This document shows positions 25,398 through 32,000 of a stretch of 32,000 nucleotides of DNA, one piece after another. Below the pieces are notes generated by a model, which was given only the letters and a program-made list of their open reading frames with translations, was not told the origin of the DNA and searched no databases. Source of the stretch: Promethearchaeum syntrophicum (lineage in GTDB: Archaea; Asgardarchaeota; Lokiarchaeia; Sigyniarchaeales; Promethearchaeaceae); assembly GCF_008000775.2 (NCBI RefSeq), contig NZ_CP042905.2, forward strand, positions 1-32,000, given 5' to 3'. Within the stretch, counting starts at the first letter, position 1; each line of letters starts with the position of its first letter. A program made the translations under genes and the position numbers.

Positions 25398-25582
25398 ATC
25401 AAATTTACCTCCCTAATCTTTAAAATAAAAAAATTTTTTAGATATAGTAAATTCAATATCACATAACCTAAGTTTGTATTTTTTGGGAAATTTTCCCTTA
25501 ATATTCCAAATCCTGTTCAAGGCCATCGGTAATTGAACACCCAAACTAAGCAATTGAATCAATTTCGTGAGTTAAGACCGTA

Positions 25583-26416
25583 ATGAAACCATTTAATAAA
25601 AAATTAAACTATACAACCAATTTCCACTATTATAGATGGAACGCTGAAAACCCAGAAAAATCTCGGGAAAAATTCATATCCACTTTAAAAAAAGTTTTAG
25701 AAGAACGTATTCCTGAAGATTTACACCTTAAAATCCAAAGTCTCCATTACAAAGTGGATGACCGAATTTTTGTCCAGCTTATAGGAAATACTAAAGATGA
25801 TTTAATTTTCGTTTCTAACATCCTAAATGAGATTACAGGAAAAACTTATGATACGCAGAATGTTCCAAAAAATAAACCATTACATGGCATTTTAACCTCT
25901 ATTGGAAAAATCGGATTTGGTGTTTTTGTAGATGTAGGTATTGAAAATCCCGTTAAAGAAGTTCTTATACCATTACATAGATTAAGATTGCAACTTGTTA
26001 ATGATAAAAAACTTTCCTTAAAAGAAATTATCGAATTTTACGGATTTATGGACTTTCTACCCGTTGAAATTGAAGTCGTGAAAATTGAAAATGAAAAAGG
26101 CGGTAAAATGCGGTTTGAAGGTAAATTTAGTGATGAATTTTTGGAACAACTTGAAGAATGGATTAATTCTGGATTGGATTTTATATTTACAACCGGAATT
26201 TCACGCCAAATGATTAAGCGAACTATCGCAAAACGTGGTCATTCTATGGATATTGTTCAAATTGACAGATTAGGCCCATTAGAAACAGTTGTTATTTGTA
26301 AAGAAGGAACAAATGCTCCAGGAATAATCTCACATATTGGTCCATTTCTCCCAGATTGCAAATTTTCTACAATGCGAACTAAAAAACTCCAAAAATTTTG
26401 GAACCATAAACAATAA
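25583..26416 (+). CDS. Hypothetical protein with a central S1/OB-like segment
   Basis: 277 aa. HGILTSIGKIGFGVFVDVGIENPVKEVLIPLHRL resembles an S1 RNA-binding domain core. The rest is unassigned. Confidence 0.5.
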   Translation: MKPFNKKLNYTTNFHYYRWNAENPEKSREKFISTLKKVLEERIPEDLHLKIQSLHYKVDDRIFVQLIGNTKDDLIFVSNILNEITGKTYDTQNVPKNKPLHGILTSIGKIGFGVFVDVGIENPVKEVLIPLHRLRLQLVNDKKLSLKEIIEFYGFMDFLPVEIEVVKIENEKGGKMRFEGKFSDEFLEQLEEWINSGLDFIFTTGISRQMIKRTIAKRGHSMDIVQIDRLGPLETVVICKEGTNAPGIISHIGPFLPDCKFSTMRTKKLQKFWNHKQ

Positions 26417-26491
26417 AATTCAAAATTCTTTTTTTAATATAGTTATGACCCATAAATTTTCATAGTTTCGTAATTTATATAGCACTATTGT

Positions 26492-26592
26492 GGGCTGATG
26501 GTTTAGTGGTCATTACCATAAGTTTTGGAACCATAAATAACGCCGCGCTTACACCGCGGATGTCCCCGGTTCAATCCCGGGTCGGCCCACCA
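26492..26592 (+). tRNA. tRNA-Val (anticodon UAC) with a roughly 24-nt insertion (putative intron) in the D-loop and an encoded CCA
   Basis: The acceptor stem GGGCTGA/TCGGCCC has one G-U pair. The anticodon arm is CCGCG-CTTACAC-CGCGG, the variable loop is ATGTC, and the T arm is CCCGG-TTCAATC-CCGGG. The discriminator A is followed by CCA. The D-stem GTTT/TAAC encloses 33 nt instead of 8-10. Confidence 0.8.
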
Positions 26593-26738
26593 TAAATCTT
26601 AAAAAAAAAGTACCAATTTTTATATTTGACTCTTTTTATAAATCTTAGAGAAATTTAAAATTATTTTGTAGATTGAATCTAATTTTTTTTATTTAATGCT
26701 GGGTTTACTTCCCTAACTACTATATAAGAGTGACATAC

Positions 26739-29222
26739 ATGAAACCAATTCATTATAACATACACTTAGAGCCAGATTTAGAAAATTTTGTTTTTAGCGG
26801 TTTAGCAGAAATAGAAATTGATTTGGAAAATCCATCAGAAAAGATAATTCTTAATGGAAAAGACATGGTAATTCAAAAATGCAATATGATTAGAGGAGAT
26901 AATGTAAAAGAGTGTAGTTTCAACTTTGAAGAAAAAAATGAAGAAATTACTATCAAATTACCCGAAGAGATGAGCGGAACGATAAGTTTAAAGCTTGAGT
27001 TTACAGGTAACTTAAATGAAAACATGCTTGGTTTTTATCGAAGTAAATACATGTATCAAGGTGAAACTAAACGGTTAGCATCAACCCAATTTGAAGAACG
27101 TGAAGCCAGAGCAGCGTTTCCATGTTTCGATCATCCATCTAAGAAAGCAACTTTCGACATTGAATATATTGTTTCTGAAGAATTAATGGCAATTTCTAAT
27201 ACAGAAATCATTGAAGAGAAATCATTAGGAAACGGTAAAAAATTAGTTAAATTTGCCCGAACACCAATAATGAGTTCATATTTATTATATTTCGGTGTTG
27301 GTCCTTTTGAAATGATTGAAGATACCTCAATAAAACCAACAATTAGAGCAATAACTGCTTTAGGAAAAATTGAATATGCGCAATTAGCATTGGAGTTTGG
27401 TAGGAAATCAATAACCTATGGAGAAGAATATACTGGTGTACCCTTCCCAATTTCAAAATGTGATTATATAGCAGTTCCTGACTTTGCATTTGGAGCCATG
27501 GAAAATTATGGTGCTATTACATTTAGAGAGAATGCAATGCTTTATTATCCTGGTAAAACATCAACGATGGAACTCATTAGAATAGTGAGTATAATAGCAC
27601 ATGAAACGGCTCATATGTGGTTTGGAGATTTAGTTTCTCCAATTGATTGGAAATATATCTGGTTAAACGAATCATTTGCTACGTATTTTACATATTCAAT
27701 TCCCGATCATTATTATCCTGAATGGGATATTTGGAAAGTGTTTATTTTAGAATCGATTTTAGGTGGAATGGAGCGAGACACACTCAAATTTTCAGTTCCC
27801 GTTGAATTGATTGGAGAAGGAGAAGAAATAAATCTTGATGCTTCAAGCGCGCCAATTATCTATCAAAAAGGCGCTGCAGTGATTAAAATGTTAAACAGCT
27901 ATTTGGATGATGACAAATTTAAACAGGGAATCAAATTTTTCCTTGAGAAATATAAATTTAAATGTGCATCAAGTGATGATTACTGGGAAGCTTTTGAAGA
28001 AGCTACAGGAGAACCAATCAAAGAATTTGCAGATCATTGGATTCATCAAGAAGGATATCCTATAATTGATGTTAAACGAAAAAATAATCAATTATTATTG
28101 AAACAATCGCGTTTTACATTTTTACCTAATAATTCAGATTATAAATGGTTAATACCCGTAAATATTAAACTTTTTCTAAACAACGGAGAAACTGATATAA
28201 TTAAAGTAGTTTTCAAAGAAAGAGAAACGGCAATTCCTATTCCTGAAAATACTGATGCATTTAAACTTAACTTCATGCAAAGCGGATTTTATCGAGTGAA
28301 ATATGAAGAGGTGATTTTAGAAAAACTGGGTAAATTGATATTAGAAGGAAAATTTTCACCTGAAGACATATTTGGAATCTCAAATGATCTTTATGCTTTG
28401 ATTCGTAGAGGAGATTATACCCTTGAGTATTATTTGAAATTCTTAGGAGATTATTATCGAAATGTTGATCATTTTTTACCAATGATTGATATTTTTACAA
28501 ACTTGAAAAAATTACATTTGATATTACCGAGTAAACGGGAAGAAATTAGCCAATTAGGGCGAGAATTATCTGAAGTTGCTCTTGATAAAATAGGACTTTA
28601 TCCTAAAGAAGGCGAAAATGTCCAAATAAAAGGACTTCGAGAATCATTATTAAGAAGTGCCTGTATATATGGATCAGAGAAAATTATAATTTATTGTGAA
28701 AAAAAATTCCAGAACCTTCTAAATGGAGAAACAATTAATTCTGATATCATTTCCAGTGTTTTAAAAGCAGGAGCATTTTCAAATCTTGATGCAGATGACT
28801 ATTTTAAGAAGCAATTAAAAGATGAAAAAGCATCCGAAGGCGAAAAGGTTCGAATTTTAAATGCTTTAGCATGTTATAAAGATAAAAATAAATTGAAAGA
28901 ACTGTTGGAATTCAATTTTAAGGAAGTTCCTAAGAGAAATCGGTTAAATATTCTTTACGGAATTTTAAAAAACCCTGAATCTCAAGATTGGTTATGGGAG
29001 TGGTACTTGAAAAATTTCCAAACAATTATGAAAGAATATCCCTCAATGCATGCAACAATGTCAATTGCTGCGGTGGTTCCAATTGTGGGAATTGGGCATG
29101 AAGAAGAGGTAGAGAATTTTCTTGAACCCCTTATGAAACAAATGCCACGGGCTACAGCTACTATCAAAATGGCTCTAGAATCTTTAGAACTTTACTCGAA
29201 TTTTATTAAGAAAAACTCATAA
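26739..29222 (+). CDS. M1-family zinc aminopeptidase (tricorn-interacting factor F3 / aminopeptidase N-like)
   Basis: The exopeptidase motif GAMENYG and the zinc motif HETAHMWFGDLVS...WLNESFA (HExxH-x18-E) are present. A long helical C-terminal domain follows. The ORF opens at the GTG at 26730, but the ATG at 26739 was used as the start. Confidence 0.92.
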   Translation: MKPIHYNIHLEPDLENFVFSGLAEIEIDLENPSEKIILNGKDMVIQKCNMIRGDNVKECSFNFEEKNEEITIKLPEEMSGTISLKLEFTGNLNENMLGFYRSKYMYQGETKRLASTQFEEREARAAFPCFDHPSKKATFDIEYIVSEELMAISNTEIIEEKSLGNGKKLVKFARTPIMSSYLLYFGVGPFEMIEDTSIKPTIRAITALGKIEYAQLALEFGRKSITYGEEYTGVPFPISKCDYIAVPDFAFGAMENYGAITFRENAMLYYPGKTSTMELIRIVSIIAHETAHMWFGDLVSPIDWKYIWLNESFATYFTYSIPDHYYPEWDIWKVFILESILGGMERDTLKFSVPVELIGEGEEINLDASSAPIIYQKGAAVIKMLNSYLDDDKFKQGIKFFLEKYKFKCASSDDYWEAFEEATGEPIKEFADHWIHQEGYPIIDVKRKNNQLLLKQSRFTFLPNNSDYKWLIPVNIKLFLNNGETDIIKVVFKERETAIPIPENTDAFKLNFMQSGFYRVKYEEVILEKLGKLILEGKFSPEDIFGISNDLYALIRRGDYTLEYYLKFLGDYYRNVDHFLPMIDIFTNLKKLHLILPSKREEISQLGRELSEVALDKIGLYPKEGENVQIKGLRESLLRSACIYGSEKIIIYCEKKFQNLLNGETINSDIISSVLKAGAFSNLDADDYFKKQLKDEKASEGEKVRILNALACYKDKNKLKELLEFNFKEVPKRNRLNILYGILKNPESQDWLWEWYLKNFQTIMKEYPSMHATMSIAAVVPIVGIGHEEEVENFLEPLMKQMPRATATIKMALESLELYSNFIKKNS

Positions 29223-29242
29223 TATTTTTCTTGAATTGTTGA

Positions 29243-29252
29243 TTTTTTTTTT
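29243..29252 (+). terminator. Oligo-T (T10) tract downstream of the aminopeptidase gene
   Basis: GATTTTTTTTTTCAA lies 21 nt after the stop codon, flanked by the imperfect inverted repeat GAATTG/CAATTT. Confidence 0.35.
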
Positions 29253-29473
29253 CAATTTTAGATATTTTGTCGGAGTTATTATGATATTAGAACGATTTAC
29301 TGTTTTTGGTTAATACTGTCTAATTTTTCTAGTAAAATAAATAAAATTTAAAAGAGTACTCGATCAAATAGTTTTTAATGAGAGATTTTTTTATTTACCT
29401 CTCAATATAACATCTTAAAACAAAACAAAAATTTAATTTGTAAGTATACTCAATTTTAGAAGGAATTGCAAAA

Positions 29474-29716
29474 ATGATACCTTATGGAAATAGAAGAACC
29501 CGTTTATCAGGGATAATTAAAGATTTTCACCAAAACCACGCAAAGATCGAATTTCCTTCATGTAACCATAAACAAATTTCGGTTCCTAGGAATTTTATTC
29601 ATTCTGATATTAAAAATATTGTGGGAAAAAAGCAAGATATGGAAATTGAAACATGGTTTCTAAGAAAGAATAGAATCATACCCCTAAATGAAACCTATAA
29701 ACCCGAATTTAGATAA
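29474..29716 (+). CDS. Hypothetical small protein
   Basis: 80-aa ORF with GAAGGAA upstream of the ATG. No motif was recognised. Confidence 0.35.
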   Translation: MIPYGNRRTRLSGIIKDFHQNHAKIEFPSCNHKQISVPRNFIHSDIKNIVGKKQDMEIETWFLRKNRIIPLNETYKPEFR

Positions 29717-29728
29717 TTTTTTCCTTAA

Positions 29729-32000
29729 TTAATAAAATACTCCTTGTTTTCTTGAAATATATTTGATTAATTCAAAGGGTCCGATGCAACATAATATTGC
29801 AATTCCGAAGCATATAGCCCAATCTTCAATCCTGAGGAAAACGAAATTAAATTGAATACCAAAATTTGAAGTTGCTAAAGCAATTTGCAGATTGGGAATA
29901 TACATTATTAAGAGATAGATTAAGAACAATAATCCAATTACAATATACATAAATTTATTTCCTTCTTTGAAGCTTTTAATAATTGACATATTTGGACGAC
30001 GGATTTGTACAGCTAATGCACACTCGCAGAAATAGAGCGTTGTCATAAGCATAGTAAGTGTTTTTGCTTGAATTACGTCTACTCCACTCCACAACTCAGT
30101 TGTAGCGCTTGTAAATAAATAATACGGATTTAATTTTCCTAATTCTGTATTCCGATTCGTAATTGATATTGGGGCATTAATATAAAGGAAATATATAACC
30201 AACATGGCTAGTGCTAACAACGCACCATAAGAAATCAGTAAAAACATATATTTTTTTGATATTATTTCCTCGGAATTTCGAGGTTTTTCTTTCATTACAT
30301 TTTTTGATATCGTATCAAAGGTTAAAATTAACCCAGGAATAGTATGTAATGTTAATGACAAAAACACCCATTGATACGAAAATTCTTCACTTAGAAAATA
30401 GGGAAGTTTCTTTATCACAACTAAATAAAATTGGACAATTCCTTCAAATAGATTTGTGCAAATGAAGAAAAATACTAAGGATCGAATGTTCGCAAAAATT
30501 CCTCTCCCTTGGTGAACCCCTTTTACAATAGAAGAGAAGGAATCGTCTGAAATAATCATATCTGAAGCTTCTTTCGCAACATCGGTTCCAGATATCCCCA
30601 TTGCAATTCCTGCATCAGCCATGTTTAAAGCCAACGCATCATTTACACCATCTCCAGTCATAGCAACAATTTTATTAGCGTCTTTATATCTTTCAACAAT
30701 AATTTGCTTATGTTTCGGGCTGACTCGTGCAAAAACTTTGATATTGAAAAATTCTTCAGAACTTTCCAATTTTTCAATCTTATCACCTTCAATTGCAATT
30801 TCTTTTCCATTTTCTTTTGTTAAAATTGATATTTGTGATGCAATTGCTTTCGCTGTCATTAATGAATCTCCGGTGATCATAATAACATCAATTCCGGCTT
30901 TATGACAATTTTCTATAGATTCTTTTACTCCTTCTCTGGGCGGGTCCATAATTGCAACAAAACCAATATATATAAGATCTTTTTCAATAATATCTCGTAA
31001 TTCTTCATCATCTACATCCTTAGGGAGTTCATCCATTACATTATAAGCCAAACTAAGTATTCTATAACCTTGCCGCGCATATTCATTAGCAGTATTCATT
31101 ACTACAAGTTTCATCTCATCAATGAAATCGAATGATTTATTTTCATCCCCCAAGAATTTAGAACTTGACATTATTAAGATTTCACTTGCACCTTTAGTGA
31201 ATACGTAATATTTACCATCTTCAGAGTTCTTAAAAACTTTTGACATGCGTTTTAATAATGAACTAAATGGATATTCTTTGATTTGTTCAAACTGCTCTAC
31301 ATCTTTTTTCTTCATTATCTTTTTATAAAAAGATACTAAAGCTCCTTCAGTCGGTGAACCTAATACTTTCCAATCGATAAAGCATTTTTTACCAACCTCT
31401 ATTTCATGTTTGATGAGGGATGCATTGTTATTTAGAAAACCAGCAGTAAGCAGTAATTTCAAATGTGGAAAATTATCAATATCTTCGACTTTTTGAGGTT
31501 CATTTATTTTATCTTTTAAGGTTATATCTCCTTTTGGTACATATCCAGACCCTGATACTGAAAAACGTGATCCTCGTACCCATATATGTTGAACACTCAT
31601 CTGTCCTTTAGTTAAAGTGCCAGTTTTATCAGAGCAAACAACCGATACTCGTCCTAATGAATCAACTGAGGTAAGATTTCGGACAATTATACCAGTCTCA
31701 GCCATTACTAGGACACCAGTTAACATTACAATAGTAGTAAGTAAAGGGATATTAATTGGCATAATATCCATAGCTGAATATAAACCGGGGATTATTGCAA
31801 TTTCACCTGTTGTGATATAAAGAATAATAACTACTGCAATCCATGCTGCCATAACCCCAATACCAAACCATTTTCCAATATTATTGAGTTTTTTACGAAT
31901 CGGAATTTCTGTTGAATTTGAATCTTGTAGTCCTTGAGAAATTTTACCAATTTCAGTATTTAGCCCAGTTTGAACTACTATAGCTAAGGCATTTCCCATG
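29729..32000 (-). CDS. P-type cation-transporting ATPase, type II-like (N-terminus outside the window)
   Basis: The phosphorylation site CSDKTGTLT is present, along with MITGD, the hinge TGDGVNDALAL and GTDVAKEASDMIISDDSFSSIV. There are six C-terminal TM helices. The reading frame runs off the right edge of the window. Confidence 0.9.
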   Translation of the reverse strand, partial: MGNALAIVVQTGLNTEIGKISQGLQDSNSTEIPIRKKLNNIGKWFGIGVMAAWIAVVIILYITTGEIAIIPGLYSAMDIMPINIPLLTTIVMLTGVLVMAETGIIVRNLTSVDSLGRVSVVCSDKTGTLTKGQMSVQHIWVRGSRFSVSGSGYVPKGDITLKDKINEPQKVEDIDNFPHLKLLLTAGFLNNNASLIKHEIEVGKKCFIDWKVLGSPTEGALVSFYKKIMKKKDVEQFEQIKEYPFSSLLKRMSKVFKNSEDGKYYVFTKGASEILIMSSSKFLGDENKSFDFIDEMKLVVMNTANEYARQGYRILSLAYNVMDELPKDVDDEELRDIIEKDLIYIGFVAIMDPPREGVKESIENCHKAGIDVIMITGDSLMTAKAIASQISILTKENGKEIAIEGDKIEKLESSEEFFNIKVFARVSPKHKQIIVERYKDANKIVAMTGDGVNDALALNMADAGIAMGISGTDVAKEASDMIISDDSFSSIVKGVHQGRGIFANIRSLVFFFICTNLFEGIVQFYLVVIKKLPYFLSEEFSYQWVFLSLTLHTIPGLILTFDTISKNVMKEKPRNSEEIISKKYMFLLISYGALLALAMLVIYFLYINAPISITNRNTELGKLNPYYLFTSATTELWSGVDVIQAKTLTMLMTTLYFCECALAVQIRRPNMSIIKSFKEGNKFMYIVIGLLFLIYLLIMYIPNLQIALATSNFGIQFNFVFLRIEDWAICFGIAILCCIGPFELIKYISRKQGVFY

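Noticed and set aside
1-32000. Searched for defence systems, toxin-antitoxin pairs, integrases, transposases, IS ends, prophage genes, CRISPR repeats and rRNA.
   Set aside because: None was found. Every long ORF is either a recognisable housekeeping gene or a single uncharacterised gene embedded in housekeeping context. No long direct or terminal inverted repeats were seen flanking any block.

Overview
This is a very AT-rich archaeal chromosome segment (about 30% G+C by eye), densely coded on both strands. I saw no rRNA, CRISPR array, transposase, integrase or recognisable defence genes, so it reads as core genome rather than an accessory island.

Gene content falls into four blocks:
1. Replication island (0.2-8 kb): Orc1/Cdc6, then convergently an uncharacterised SWIM-like protein translationally coupled to the PolD small subunit (DP1), then the divergent PolD large subunit (DP2) ending in a canonical PIP box.
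2. tRNA and translation block (8-16 kb): tRNA-Ser(UGA), an APH-like kinase, a 7-TM protein, a HAD hydrolase, a free-standing ThrRS editing domain, a Trm11-like methyltransferase, tRNA-Lys(CUU), a solitary uL2 gene, archaeal SAM synthetase, a small PIP-box ORF and archease.
3. Exosome/proteasome superoperon on the minus strand (16.8-22.7 kb): psmA, SBDS, Rrp4, Rrp41, Rrp42, eL43, Pcc1 and an unknown coiled-coil protein.
4. Miscellaneous enzymes (22.7-32 kb): a flavodoxin/ferredoxin fusion, a small alpha/beta hydrolase, a GNAT, a profilin-like ORF, an S1-like hypothetical, tRNA-Val(UAC), an M1 aminopeptidase and a truncated P-type ATPase.

The observations most worth following up:
- Two of the three tRNAs carry a roughly 25-30 nt insertion at the same D-loop position.
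- An orphan disordered mini-protein carries a canonical PIP box.
- The SWIM-like gene is coupled to DP1.
- A bare ThrRS editing domain stands alone as its own gene.
- Rrp41 carries a (KKxx)9 lysine-rich tail.
- A possible profilin-like gene, together with the low G+C and the low-complexity tails, hints at an Asgard (Lokiarchaeia-like) origin. That is inference only.

All functional calls rest on motifs read by eye and remembered family signatures. No searches were run.
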